From a virus (lineage: Duplodnaviria > Heunggongvirae > Uroviricota > Caudoviricetes), in IMG/VR virus record IMGVR_UViG_3300046047_000272: DNA of 64,000 nucleotides, one strand, 5' to 3'. The position numbers and the translations under genes are program-made. The notes under the pieces are model-generated. The model made no database searches and was not told the origin of the DNA. It saw only the letters and a program-made list of their open reading frames with translations. Below are positions 40,588 to 50,848 of this stretch, in pieces (positions within the stretch are counted from its first letter, which is position 1; each line of letters starts with the position of its first letter).

Positions 40588-41443
40588 GTTGCTGCATAGC
40601 ATCGTTAAACGAGGGTTGCCCCTACTCTTAATTGTAGTAGGAGCGACCCTCGTCGCTGCTCCAGCCATATTTAACATCGTGACATCAATGCAACATCAGA
40701 AAGTATTATCCACGCAACAACAGGCCACAAAATCGCTATCATCGGCATCAATCAAGAAACAATGGCGGCTAGCAGAACAATACAATAACAGTCTTATCGG
40801 GCAACCAGTAAAGGACCCATTCGTTGAGGGCTCAGGAGCAATCGTTCCGAAGAATTATGATGCCATTCTTAATGTCAATCATGATGGCGTTATGGGAGAA
40901 ATCAAAATACCGAAAATCAAAGTTGATCTTCCCATCGGCCATGGCACAGACGACAAGACACTTGAGGACGGAGCTGGGCATACCAGGCAGACCAGTCTTC
41001 CAATCGGAGGATCGTCAACACATTCCCTGATCATTGCCCATCGTGGATTACCACGAGCAGAAATGTTCACACGGTTAGACGAATTACAATTAGGGGACGT
41101 CTTCACTATAACCGTCTTAGATAAAACACTCACATATCAAATTGACAAGATCAGCGTCGTCGATCCAGATGACCTCAGTCAGATATCCATTATCAAGGGA
41201 CGGGACCTAGTAACGTTAATGACGTGTACGCCATACGGCGTCAATACGCAGCGACTGCTCGTCAGGGGAACCAGAATACCTAATCAATCAGTGGCTAACA
41301 CTGTGCAACCATCAGTAACGAGTATGGGACTTGAGGGATGGGCAAGGATCATTGGACTTATCATTGGCGTAGTTTCATTACTCGTACTCATGATAACCAT
41401 CATACGAAGAATAAGATCACGCCACAAGACAACCAGTAAGTGA
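40580..41443 (+). CDS. srtC: Class C (pilus-assembly) sortase.
   Basis: N-terminal transmembrane segment, DPF lid (VKDPFVEG), catalytic His (LIIAHRG), TLMTCTPYG...RLLVRGTRI (Cys and Arg), and a C-terminal transmembrane anchor. Overlaps the pilin gene end. Confidence 0.85.
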   Translation: MRKLLHSIVKRGLPLLLIVVGATLVAAPAIFNIVTSMQHQKVLSTQQQATKSLSSASIKKQWRLAEQYNNSLIGQPVKDPFVEGSGAIVPKNYDAILNVNHDGVMGEIKIPKIKVDLPIGHGTDDKTLEDGAGHTRQTSLPIGGSSTHSLIIAHRGLPRAEMFTRLDELQLGDVFTITVLDKTLTYQIDKISVVDPDDLSQISIIKGRDLVTLMTCTPYGVNTQRLLVRGTRIPNQSVANTVQPSVTSMGLEGWARIIGLIIGVVSLLVLMITIIRRIRSRHKTTSK

Positions 41444-41452
41444 CGACAACCA

Positions 41453-41540
41453 GTCTAAACCGCCCTCCTCGGACGCGGCCATGAGTATCAGTAATTATAC
41501 GAGTACTGACCCCGCGTCCGTTAGACCGGCGGTTCTGTTT
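41453..41540 (+). repeat. Repeat family B, copy B4.
   Basis: ctaaaccgccctcctcggacgcggcc...atcagtaattatacgagtactgaccccgcgtccgttagaccggcggttctg. Confidence 0.65.
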
Positions 41541-41649
41541 ATCTTATGGACATGCTAGGTCGTATCTTCGTCAACGAAGACTTAGATCACGTAGAAGCCT
41601 ATCAGACCAGTAGGCTCTCTAGGTCACTATCTCAGTAGATCCAGTGGAA

Positions 41650-41754
41650 ACATCATACTCTAGCGTGCAGAACGCATCTACGGGAACCGCGACATCGCAA
41701 CGATAGAGCGTGTGCACGAGGAAGCATATCCTAGGAATACGCTCTACAGGAGCG
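41650..41754 (+). repeat. Repeat family A, copy A3 (more diverged at the 5' part).
   Basis: acatcatactctagcgtgcag...cgcaacgatagagcgtgtgcacgaggaagcatatcctaggaatacgctctacaggagcgg. Confidence 0.65.
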
Positions 41755-41836
41755 GAACATCACTTGCCAGTATCACACCATCGTGATATGATATTGTCAT
41801 CCTAAGGACATCACTAAAGAAAGGCTCACCCACACT

Positions 41837-42907
41837 ATGAACGTCGTTGAATCAAATGGCCTCATTAACGTTTATCAGGGAGGAGTAGAACTTCACCGAG
41901 AGCTTCCCCCAGACGATTACAAGATCGTCAAGGACATGTCTGGACTTCATCTGAAACGCTATCATGGCATGAAGCAAGACACGCAAGTGTATGGTCATCG
42001 ATTAGAGCAAGTTGATCGTATCTATAAGATGTACAATCACGTAGATCATTCTATTGGTGTCATTCTTGCTGGTGATAAGGGCATTGGCAAGACGCTATTC
42101 TCAAGATTGTTAGCTAGTCGCGCCCACGAGCAGAACATGCCCGTCATCATCATTGATGTTGATTATGAGGGACTCGCATCGTATCTCATGGATATTGACC
42201 AACCATGTCTGGTACTCTTCGACGAGTTCGAGAAGGTGTTTGATTCTCGTAACCAATCAGGTCAGAGTGAGTTGCTGCCATTGTTCGATGGATTATCCTC
42301 AGCGAAACACATCAATGTCGTCACCACTAATGAGATGAATTCTCTTAGCGCCTATATGATCAATCGACCAGGACGATTCCATTACAATATTCAATTTGAT
42401 TATCCCACGCCGGAAGAGATCACGCTCTACATGAAGGACAACATTCCTGAATCATCGTATTCAGAAATTGAGAACATCATTGACCTTGCTCGTAAATTCC
42501 CATTGAACTATGATTATCTGAGAGCAATTTCTGAGGAGATCACCGTGTTCGGATGCTCATTGAAGGAAGCGGTTAAGGACATGAACATCATCCCGGACAG
42601 AATCCTGTCGCTCTTTGAATACGACGTGTATCTCAAAGATGGCTCGATTAAGAGGTACTACAAGAGGGATAATGTCTTCGATAATGATCACATCGGTTTC
42701 AATTATGAGGTCAACGATAACGATTACGATGATTGCTTCGTATCCGTTAAGATAAAGGATCTTGAATACAATCGTCATAACGGAGTCTTCACCCTGGAGG
42801 ATATGAGTAAGGTCCAGTCTGATATGAGCGCCGAGGACAAGGGTAAGATCAAGAAGATCACGATGCAATCAGTCACGAAGAAAGATAATATGTCCACAAG
42901 AATCTAG
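41837..42907 (+). CDS. AAA+ ATPase.
   Basis: Walker A GDKGIGKT, Walker B CLVLFDEFEK. 356 aa. Confidence 0.6.
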   Translation: MNVVESNGLINVYQGGVELHRELPPDDYKIVKDMSGLHLKRYHGMKQDTQVYGHRLEQVDRIYKMYNHVDHSIGVILAGDKGIGKTLFSRLLASRAHEQNMPVIIIDVDYEGLASYLMDIDQPCLVLFDEFEKVFDSRNQSGQSELLPLFDGLSSAKHINVVTTNEMNSLSAYMINRPGRFHYNIQFDYPTPEEITLYMKDNIPESSYSEIENIIDLARKFPLNYDYLRAISEEITVFGCSLKEAVKDMNIIPDRILSLFEYDVYLKDGSIKRYYKRDNVFDNDHIGFNYEVNDNDYDDCFVSVKIKDLEYNRHNGVFTLEDMSKVQSDMSAEDKGKIKKITMQSVTKKDNMSTRI

Positions 42908-42935
42908 ATAATCTATATTACTAACTATATTACTA

Positions 42936-42983
42936 GCCCGTGTAGCATGACCATCGTATTGAGTCATCGATCACGGGCTTTTT
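42936..42983 (+). terminator. Rho-independent terminator.
   Basis: gcccgtg ... cacgggc stem followed by TTTTT. Internal loop with a secondary catgac/gtcatc pairing. 29 nt after the stop. Confidence 0.55.
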
Positions 42984-43010
42984 CTGTATGCGGAGGACGT
43001 GCACATCAGA

Positions 43011-43105
43011 ATGTGATTCTAAGCCGCCGTTATCGGACGCGTCCATGAGGATCAGTAATTACTCGGATACTGGGTCTACGTTCGTTAGACCGGCGGTTCT
43101 GAGCG
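43011..43105 (+). repeat. Repeat family B, copy B5.
   Basis: gattctaagccgccgttatcggacgcgtccatgaggatcagtaattactcggatactgggtctacgttcgttagaccggcggttctgagcgtct. Confidence 0.7.
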
Positions 43106-43204
43106 TCTCAACACTATCTCACCGTCGTCCTCAATGAAGAGGATGCATATTACACGAGAACTGCTGCATGACAATCATATCATAGGGCGTTGGCTCTGTA
43201 GAGC

Positions 43205-43320
43205 AGTCATATTGCATCGTGTTCTGGTGTGCAGGAGTGATTTTGGGGAGCCGCGGCACTGCAACGATAGAGCGTGTGCACGAGGAAGCGTATCCTAGGA
43301 ATACGCTCTGCAGGAGCACC
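43205..43320 (+). repeat. Repeat family A, copy A4.
   Basis: gtgcaggagtgattttggggagccgcggcactgcaacgatagagcgtgtgcacgaggaagcgtatcctaggaatacgctctgcaggagcacc. Confidence 0.7.
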
Positions 43321-43421
43321 CAGTCATCTGAGGGTCAGCCATCACAGCGCTCCCAACCCCAGTACCCCCCCCCATCAAAGATGCGCTAGATTAGTCATCC
43401 ATGTGGATCGTCCTAGATGTC

Positions 43422-43515
43422 ATTCTAAGCCGCCATTCTCGGATTGAGCTGCTAGGATCAGTAATTACTCGGATACTGGGTCTGCGTCAGTTAGACCGCC
43501 GGTTCTGAGCGTCTA
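43422..43515 (+). repeat. Repeat family B, copy B6.
   Basis: cattctaagccgccattctcgga...gatcagtaattactcggatactgggtctgcgtcagttagaccgccggttctgagcgtct. Confidence 0.65.
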
Positions 43516-43599
43516 ATGATTACTCCTGGTCATAATATAGCCATTCATGAATCCATGATGACATAAGTGTCCTCGTATGCTGGCGTGTCGTCATGATTA

Positions 43600-44061
43600 T
43601 TGGTGTACGATGACCTTATGGAGAATAATAACGATATGGTCGCGATGGCTCGGAAATACGCCGAGGTCTATCACGCTGGACAGGTTGATAAGGGTGGCAA
43701 TCAGTACATTCTGCATCCTATGGCTGTTGCTGATGGTGTGCAGTCGCCACTGGCTAAAGCTGTAGCTTGGCTGCACGATGTGCTGGAGGATCGTGACGAC
43801 GTTAGTCGTGATGATCTAATTCGAGCTGGTTTCTCTGAGGACGTAGTGTCCCGAGTAGAGTTGTTGACTCATCTTCCACACGAGCGATACGATGATTATA
43901 TTCGACGCTTGCGCGTTGATCCCATAGCTAGAGAGGTCAAGCGTTCTGATTTACGATCAAATATGGATCTGAGTAGAATGCATGGTCGTCATGATGGTGT
44001 GGATCGAAGGATGAAGAAGTATCGTAACGCCCTGATACTTCTTGATGAGATGGATGAGTGA
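43600..44061 (+). CDS. Small alarmone hydrolase (RelA/SpoT-type HD domain, Mesh1/SAH-like (p)ppGpp hydrolase).
   Basis: YHAGQVDKGGNQYILHPMAVA ... AWLHDVLEDRD is the canonical RelA/SpoT HD hydrolase signature. 153 aa, with no synthetase domain. Confidence 0.65.
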   Translation: MVYDDLMENNNDMVAMARKYAEVYHAGQVDKGGNQYILHPMAVADGVQSPLAKAVAWLHDVLEDRDDVSRDDLIRAGFSEDVVSRVELLTHLPHERYDDYIRRLRVDPIAREVKRSDLRSNMDLSRMHGRHDGVDRRMKKYRNALILLDEMDE

Positions 44062-44102
44062 TGATGGCGTGTCGTCTACTGCCATGATGTATACTTTGAT
44101 CT

Positions 44103-45365
44103 ATGAACATTATCTACTTTTTGCAAGGAGCCCATGGATCGGGTAAAACTCGATTGGTCCACGATCAGCATCTTGAGGATCAGACGGTATCTATCGATGA
44201 TTTGATGCGTATGGTAAATCCTCATCGTGCGTTTTACGACGCGCCGAAACAGACTGTCAGCTATGGACAGGACATCACTGGTGAGACGATGAGAGCAGCC
44301 TTGGATATGGCCGCTAACATCATTGACCGTCGCATGAGGTCTGGTGACACGATCATCGTTGATTACACATCGACGCGACGTAAGAAGTTAACACCGATGT
44401 TGCGGTTGGCTGATCATTACAATTATCGTGTGGCTTTCGTTGATGTTCAGGCTAATCAGTCCTTGCAGGATGTCTTCACCGCTAATCAGCGAAGAGAAGG
44501 ATCGTTCTGGAGTGACGAGGAGATTAAGAAGTCATGGGATGACGCCGCGAAATTCCAGATATCGAAGGACGAGGAGCAAATCTCGATATCTGAGTTCTTG
44601 TCTCGTCGAACCATTGCTGAGACTGATGTCTCTGATTATTCCTCGGTGAGGGTGATCGGTGATATTCAGGGATGTTACCAGACGTTCTTGAAGTCTTCTT
44701 GTGCCGATATTCGCGATGATGAGTTCACCGTGTTCTGCGGTGATTTGTTTGATCGTGGTCCTGAAGAAGATGCTGGCCCGATGTTCGATTGGTTGGTCAA
44801 GCATATTGATGATCCTAATCGAGTGTTCATTCGTGGTAATCATGATACGTACATCAAGTATTACGCCATGGGCGATTTTGAGCCGACTAGGTCGACTAGG
44901 GCAACGATCAGCGAGATCATCAGGGACGCTAAGAGCGTGAGCGGATCTGAAAAGAAATTGCGGAGATTGTCGAGGATGATCGACCGTAAGATGGTTGATT
45001 GCTTTGCTTTCAACTTTCATGGCCGTCATGCCTTCTGCTCTCATGGTGGTGTGCATCCTGACATGTTGCCCTACCACGATCGTGATGGTATCCGATCCTA
45101 TGACATTGGATTCTCGTCTGGATACGATTACTGGTATGGTACCGGCTCTGCTCCAATGATTAGTGATTATGGCATAGACATTGACGATATCGTCAATCGT
45201 ACGGACTCTGATATCATTCAATTCCATGGTCATAGGAATGAGCGTCGTCATGATCCCCATGATTATGATGGTGTCTTCAATTTGGAGACTCGTGTGGATA
45301 AGGGCGGCGTGTTGAGTATTGCTAGATTGGATGGTCGAGGTATCACTATCGAACAGTATGCATGA
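44103..45365 (+). CDS. P-loop kinase fused to a calcineurin-like metallophosphoesterase (Pnkp-like polynucleotide kinase/phosphatase).
   Basis: N-terminus IIYFLQGAHGSGKTRLV (Walker A). C-terminal half has GDIQGCYQ (GDxHG-like), FCGDLFDRGPEE (GDxxDRG) and FIRGNHDT (GNHD/E) phosphoesterase motifs. Confidence 0.55.
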   Translation: MNIIYFLQGAHGSGKTRLVHDQHLEDQTVSIDDLMRMVNPHRAFYDAPKQTVSYGQDITGETMRAALDMAANIIDRRMRSGDTIIVDYTSTRRKKLTPMLRLADHYNYRVAFVDVQANQSLQDVFTANQRREGSFWSDEEIKKSWDDAAKFQISKDEEQISISEFLSRRTIAETDVSDYSSVRVIGDIQGCYQTFLKSSCADIRDDEFTVFCGDLFDRGPEEDAGPMFDWLVKHIDDPNRVFIRGNHDTYIKYYAMGDFEPTRSTRATISEIIRDAKSVSGSEKKLRRLSRMIDRKMVDCFAFNFHGRHAFCSHGGVHPDMLPYHDRDGIRSYDIGFSSGYDYWYGTGSAPMISDYGIDIDDIVNRTDSDIIQFHGHRNERRHDPHDYDGVFNLETRVDKGGVLSIARLDGRGITIEQYA

Positions 45366-45962
45366 TCACGAGGACCGATTCGCGCCCCATTCGATAAGAT
45401 TGATTGGGGCAGTGGACGGTCCGTTCGTCATGGTCAACGTCACAGTGGTCCTTAATGACCACTGATGTAAGGCTAATTCTTTTCGCCTCTTAAGAGTCCA
45501 CTGCCTCCATGTCGTCTTCACTGTTTTCTGACTTCCGATTTTCTTAGAACACGATACTAGTTGTTGATCATCATAAGATCCGCTGATCGTCACCTGCAAA
45601 CCCATGTCCGTCACCTCATCCTTCACGACAAGTGACGGAGTGCATCCAGCTAATGTCAAGGCTTGAACCATCATGGTTCCATCATCATTGAGCTTCCATG
45701 AATAGGTTGGATCATGCGTCGAATCCACGGAGTCCTCTGTTGAGTATAGTGTAGGATGAGCAATCTCGTGCACTTCGTATTCAGATTGGTCATTTTGATG
45801 CATATGACTGATCATCCATGGTGACATCAACGTTCCTACGATTAATACGAGGAACCCTAAACACGATACTACTGGTATCCAATGATCACGTATCCACGAT
45901 ACTACGATCTGTAATCGTTCTCTCATCATAATCAACATCGTACCATAATGATCTGCAATCAT
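45366..45962 (-). CDS. Hypothetical membrane protein.
   Basis: N-terminal transmembrane helix (IPVVSCLGFLVLIVGTLMSPWMI). Confidence 0.4.
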   Translation of the reverse strand: MIADHYGTMLIMMRERLQIVVSWIRDHWIPVVSCLGFLVLIVGTLMSPWMISHMHQNDQSEYEVHEIAHPTLYSTEDSVDSTHDPTYSWKLNDDGTMMVQALTLAGCTPSLVVKDEVTDMGLQVTISGSYDDQQLVSCSKKIGSQKTVKTTWRQWTLKRRKELALHQWSLRTTVTLTMTNGPSTAPINLIEWGANRSS

Positions 45963-45996
45963 TCGTCGAATGATATCTACTTTGCGTCAATAATCT

Positions 45997-46422
45997 ATGA
46001 TAGAAAGGAAGATAATGCTCATCTTGCGGAGAGAGGGTATGACACGATGGAGTGATTATGATGGGCAATGGTCGCCTACTAGGATACAGGACGTATGGGT
46101 GAATCACGATGTTCACACATATGATATGATGCTGACCGTTGTAGCTACCCATGATCACGAGGACGCTATATGGCCATTGCAGGATCTACTCGATAAGTAT
46201 CATTGTTGGGTTGATGACGACCCAATGATTATCCTGCCAATGGCTGACGATGTCCGCGCGGGTGATCAATGGTCAGTTCACATCACGAGATCAAGCATTG
46301 CTTTTGATGGTGTCAAGGATACAACAGCTCTCGAGGATCTCATCGGTTTGAGGACTTGGTTCAATAAGCGTTTCTCATCATATGAGGACGATCATGGGCA
46401 AATCATTATCGAGGAAGAGTAA
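45997..46422 (+). CDS. Hypothetical protein.
   Basis: ORF with an upstream GAAAGGAAG ribosome-binding site. Confidence 0.45.
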   Translation: MIERKIMLILRREGMTRWSDYDGQWSPTRIQDVWVNHDVHTYDMMLTVVATHDHEDAIWPLQDLLDKYHCWVDDDPMIILPMADDVRAGDQWSVHITRSSIAFDGVKDTTALEDLIGLRTWFNKRFSSYEDDHGQIIIEEE

Positions 46423-46574
46423 CGCTGATTAGTCTATAATTCATGGTGCAGTCTGATAAACGTCTATGATGGTAAGCTTACTAATTCCATATACGGTGCA
46501 GAGATGCATGAGGACATATCTTCATGATAGTATACGATCACTGCTCTATAGTAGCGCATCTCGGAGGATAGATC

Positions 46575-47156
46575 ATGAACACATCTGCACAGCAGTCGAT
46601 GCCGGATCATAGTAGGAATCAGCAAGTCAATATTGTCTTTGACGATCCAGAACATGTTGATGATGTTTTCAGTGGTGCTGCTAATCAGCAATCAGATATG
46701 AGTAATCAGTATCAGAGTACTCAATATCCTGATAGTCAGTATACAAGTCGTCCATGGTCGTATATGTCACAGCCTGGTGAGATATATGATCCGAGGCATC
46801 CGTACACCATGATGGATCCACAGCCAAAACGCTTGTATCTTCCAGAATCATCATATCAACATTACATTCGAGATAGACAGCGTCATCGTACTATTCCTAT
46901 TCAGATACACACGCCATCTCGATCTAAACTCGCTGCTGGATTATTAGGTATCTTCTTCGGTGGATTTGGTGTTCATAACTTTTACCTGCATAGAATGAAA
47001 CGTGGGTTAGCTCAATTGGCTCTTACCCTACTATCTGGTGGATTCCTCTTCTACGCGTCAGCTATCTGGGGATGCGTTGAGGGCATCCGAATATTAGCTA
47101 GCGATCCTAATGACGTCTGGAGTCGTGACGGCTGGGGTAAGCCATTAACCTCATGA
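46575..47156 (+). CDS. TM2-domain membrane protein.
   Basis: C-terminus AAGLLGIFFGGFGVHNFYLHRMKRGLAQL... matches the TM2 domain signature (GxxGxHxFYLG). Gln/Ser-rich N-terminus. Confidence 0.55.
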   Translation: MNTSAQQSMPDHSRNQQVNIVFDDPEHVDDVFSGAANQQSDMSNQYQSTQYPDSQYTSRPWSYMSQPGEIYDPRHPYTMMDPQPKRLYLPESSYQHYIRDRQRHRTIPIQIHTPSRSKLAAGLLGIFFGGFGVHNFYLHRMKRGLAQLALTLLSGGFLFYASAIWGCVEGIRILASDPNDVWSRDGWGKPLTS

Positions 47157-47161
47157 GTCAA

Positions 47162-48613
47162 TCAAACGATCTTAGCCAAATCGAATAGATTAGGCCCTGA
47201 TGGTTGCTTGGTTCTTGTTGACCTTTTGACGCTCATCGTCATATTCTTAATGTCCTCGTCAGAGAACACGCCATCACGATCAGTCAACTCATGATGTAAT
47301 AGGACATTGATCATATCGTTAAGAACGGTGTCAGCATTGAATCGGCTGTCCATCCAGTCAAGCATGTTCCGTCGATACTGATCGTACATCTTGGGCTTAG
47401 CGGCTAATTCCTCGATATTCTGAGCTAATCGTCGTGTTGATGACTCATGATCTGGTAGCCAGGTGACCGCACCAATGTCCTCAGGTTGATCCTCGATAAG
47501 ATCAATACCATCGTGCGTGGATTGGAACGGAAATAGATCGTGGTCAAAGTACCATGCCGGTAGACAGGCTATGGTCCCACTCTTCACAATGTCAAAGGTT
47601 GCGTTCTCGGGGAAGAAATTATGCCAGGTCTCTAATCGAGTGAAGTACACGCCGAATCCTGCATCACGCATCAGTCGAAGACCGTCTACATGATCGTACG
47701 CGCCATAGATCATCGTCTTCGGGAGAATATCGTCTGAGAAGGACTTATCTGGTGCATTCTTACCTACGCGCGTATCATAGCTCACACCAGGAATGATGAC
47801 TCTATCCTTAACACTAGCATGATCATCTACATACAGATGCTTCTTAGAGTCAAAATTCGGATTAAGCCCATTTAGCGTGACATTGACAGGACAATCTACA
47901 TCAGATAATTGCTGCTTAAGTTTTAGGATCTCAACATAGCCCTTCCACGTAATTGGTCGTGACTGATAGTAGAATTGACGAAGGTGCTTGTCCTCTGGAC
48001 GTGACCAATTGGCCATGCATGTGTCAGCGTCACTAATGATCTGATGACATCTGAATACGGCTTTCTTCATCAGATCGAGTCCTCGAGGCTGATCCTTCTC
48101 CATCATTTTTCTAAAGAGAGCGTTATGACCTGAGTTAGCCCAGAACATGTCAATGGTATCGAGCATCTCTGGGTGCTGATAGAAGAGTCTTCGCTCTACT
48201 GACGATGCACTATAATCGAAGTGATACATCATAATCTTCGTACCATGATCATGAGCACATTGTAAAGCATCGATGGTCGCTTGAGCCTGGGCGTTGTTAA
48301 TCGATTGATCCTTCACTGGCTGTGGTGGCTTGAAGAGTAATAAGGCGTCCAAGGCTTTTCCATCGACTTGGAAGCAATCGCAACTGGCTGTCAGTGGATC
48401 AATCTCTCGGCGTTCGCCTTCCTCGGCTAATTCTGATGACGCTCTCCAATTTGGGGTGTATGCATTCTTATGGAACCATGTGATCAGACGGACGCCATTC
48501 CTCTTAGCCCATTGAACGTATTCATGCTGGAGCATGCCAACACCGCCTCCATCGCGCCCAGTGCCCATGTAAATGCCTATCGTCAAGCCCTGCAATTCAT
48601 GCTGCATAGTCAA
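47162..48613 (-). CDS. Hypothetical enzyme, paralog 1 of a tandem pair (possibly glycosyltransferase-like).
   Basis: Shares motifs with the downstream paralog: WSRPEDKHLRQFYYQ vs WTRPEDKLMRQFYWQ, and TMIYGAYDHVDGLRLMRDAGFGVYFT vs TMIYGVYHHDDSMRLLDRSGFSMYTT. Confidence 0.45.
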   Translation of the reverse strand: MTMQHELQGLTIGIYMGTGRDGGGVGMLQHEYVQWAKRNGVRLITWFHKNAYTPNWRASSELAEEGERREIDPLTASCDCFQVDGKALDALLLFKPPQPVKDQSINNAQAQATIDALQCAHDHGTKIMMYHFDYSASSVERRLFYQHPEMLDTIDMFWANSGHNALFRKMMEKDQPRGLDLMKKAVFRCHQIISDADTCMANWSRPEDKHLRQFYYQSRPITWKGYVEILKLKQQLSDVDCPVNVTLNGLNPNFDSKKHLYVDDHASVKDRVIIPGVSYDTRVGKNAPDKSFSDDILPKTMIYGAYDHVDGLRLMRDAGFGVYFTRLETWHNFFPENATFDIVKSGTIACLPAWYFDHDLFPFQSTHDGIDLIEDQPEDIGAVTWLPDHESSTRRLAQNIEELAAKPKMYDQYRRNMLDWMDSRFNADTVLNDMINVLLHHELTDRDGVFSDEDIKNMTMSVKRSTRTKQPSGPNLFDLAKIV

Positions 48614-48643
48614 TTCCTTCTATCCTCAACAGATTGTCTATTA

Positions 48644-49942
48644 TCATATTGTGATTACCTGTCTGACCTTATCGTCCCAGTCAACATTCTTAACCAGCGT
48701 TTCCCACGCCTTCGTCCTACAGGCATGGTACCAGTCAGCGTCTGTGCTCATTCGATGATAATCGTCAATGAATCTCCCCCAATCGTCAGACGAATGGAAT
48801 AATGACGCCTCCTGCACATCTGACTCATGATCTGGCAAGGCTAATACGCCGAAATCACGCGGATCGTGTTGCGCCCATATGCCATCTGATCTGAAATAGG
48901 ACGCTGGTACGGCCATGACCGTACCATGCATGATACTTTCCATGGCCGCATATTCAGGCCAGTAATTCATCGTCGTTGGAAGATTAGTCGTGTACATGGA
49001 GAATCCAGACCGATCTAAGAGTCTCATACTGTCATCGTGATGATAGACGCCATAAATCATCGTATTTCGACGAATCCTATCCGTCAGCGTAATGTCCGTG
49101 TACTTCCTATTATCGTATTGAATATTCGGTTTGAAGACCTTCTTTGGTCGTACACTCGTCGTCAACGTTTTCACGACGCCAATTGTTGGAGGTATACCAT
49201 TCATGGTCACGTTGATAGGTGTATGATGCGCCCGGCATCGTGTTTTGAAATCTAGCCACGCTGGCCATCCCTTCCAGGTTGAATCTCCTCTCCCCTGCCA
49301 GTAGAATTGGCGCATCAGCTTGTCCTCAGGACGTGTCCACGGCTCATGATCTAGCGAGATAAGCACATTATGCTGGACGTATTTGATCTTCTGGATAAGA
49401 TTCTGCCAATGTGAACCACCGATCTTCTTAAAGATCGTAACCAGACCATCACCCTCACCAAATGTGACCACACGATCAAATGGTCTGATAAGATCTGGAT
49501 ACGTCGTCCACATTCTGTTCTCTGATCGTGAGCATCGATGCATGATATTCACCATGATCGTGTCTCCTGGAAGTCTAGAGTAGAATTGCTCTTGTTCACT
49601 CAGTAGATCGATGATGTCAGGATGAGACCGATGCTCATCCGACTCCTCGTCATAGGCCTTCCAATCAGCCTTGAATGGTATGATTGGCCCTCCATGAACG
49701 ATGGTCACATCAGCGTCATCTGGTGACCATCCATCCACAATGTCTTGAACATCAAATATCCTGGGATCATCCTTTGGCCTGCGTGACGGTTTTCCTGACC
49801 ATCGAAGCCAAACATGGACATCATGTCCTAATCGTTGACACACGCCGGCAAAATTCGTGAAGGCTAGTGAGCCACCGGAGAATTCCTCATAGGATCCTCC
49901 ATAATAGTTCATGTTCACTAGATTAATCTTCATAAAAAACAT
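48644..49942 (-). CDS. Hypothetical enzyme, paralog 2 of the tandem pair.
   Basis: See paralog 1. 432 aa. Confidence 0.45.
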   Translation of the reverse strand: MFFMKINLVNMNYYGGSYEEFSGGSLAFTNFAGVCQRLGHDVHVWLRWSGKPSRRPKDDPRIFDVQDIVDGWSPDDADVTIVHGGPIIPFKADWKAYDEESDEHRSHPDIIDLLSEQEQFYSRLPGDTIMVNIMHRCSRSENRMWTTYPDLIRPFDRVVTFGEGDGLVTIFKKIGGSHWQNLIQKIKYVQHNVLISLDHEPWTRPEDKLMRQFYWQGRGDSTWKGWPAWLDFKTRCRAHHTPINVTMNGIPPTIGVVKTLTTSVRPKKVFKPNIQYDNRKYTDITLTDRIRRNTMIYGVYHHDDSMRLLDRSGFSMYTTNLPTTMNYWPEYAAMESIMHGTVMAVPASYFRSDGIWAQHDPRDFGVLALPDHESDVQEASLFHSSDDWGRFIDDYHRMSTDADWYHACRTKAWETLVKNVDWDDKVRQVITI

Positions 49943-50070
49943 TATACCAAATAGTGCGTAGGATCAGTCTACAGTATGACTACGATGACGGTACACTCGT
50001 CGTAGTGGGCATATCTCATGAATGCTATGATACGATGTAACTAGTTGATCAAACAGACGAGTAAGGAGTT

Positions 50071-50799
50071 ATGATCATGACTAGCGTATATGTGTATGGC
50101 GTCGAGGAACCAAGAAGCATTGACGATGATTGGGCTAAGGCGTATCCTCCATTCTTTGATGGCGTTGAAGCTCAGGGTGATCCTTCAGTGTCCTCATTTC
50201 TTCATAATGGATGGGAACTCCTGTATTCCAGGAAGCCACACGATAGGGATATTCTCGACAATGAGGACAATGTGATAGAAGTCACTGAGGATATCAGTAA
50301 TAGGCCGGAGTTACTGGCTACTCTATTCATCGGACAACCAGTACCATCGAAGAGGGACTTGATTTATGACCTCTTCACTGCATCCACGGATTCACTACTA
50401 AAACTCCGTAAATCCACTGTTGAGAAGATCGTCCACGACGAGTTCGTGTCCTTAGGATCGTTAGCTTCACGATTATCATATACAGAAGACGATGTCGTGT
50501 CATGTATCATGAATATGTACGTTCAGCCATTACGCATGATCGGACTGCAACCATTCAATGATGGCCTACTCAGGCAATCCATCATTGACGCTATGCAGGA
50601 TGTTGATCGTGATAAACTCTTACAGGAGGCGTCTACCATGCAATATGGAGCTTTAGAAAGCCCAATTATGGGCGTTTATGCTAAGACCATGGATACGATC
50701 ATTCCAGGATACTTACATGCACTTGAGGATCATTCGGTCAATGACGCGTCATCTCATGATGATCATGACTTCTCTAATTTGCCTGAATCAGATGACTGA
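50071..50799 (+). CDS. Hypothetical protein.
   Basis: ORF with a TAAGGAG ribosome-binding site. Confidence 0.45.
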   Translation: MIMTSVYVYGVEEPRSIDDDWAKAYPPFFDGVEAQGDPSVSSFLHNGWELLYSRKPHDRDILDNEDNVIEVTEDISNRPELLATLFIGQPVPSKRDLIYDLFTASTDSLLKLRKSTVEKIVHDEFVSLGSLASRLSYTEDDVVSCIMNMYVQPLRMIGLQPFNDGLLRQSIIDAMQDVDRDKLLQEASTMQYGALESPIMGVYAKTMDTIIPGYLHALEDHSVNDASSHDDHDFSNLPESDD

Positions 50800-50848
50800 C
50801 GTATAATAGGCTTATACGATATAACGTTGTCTATGAACGGAGACCCTA

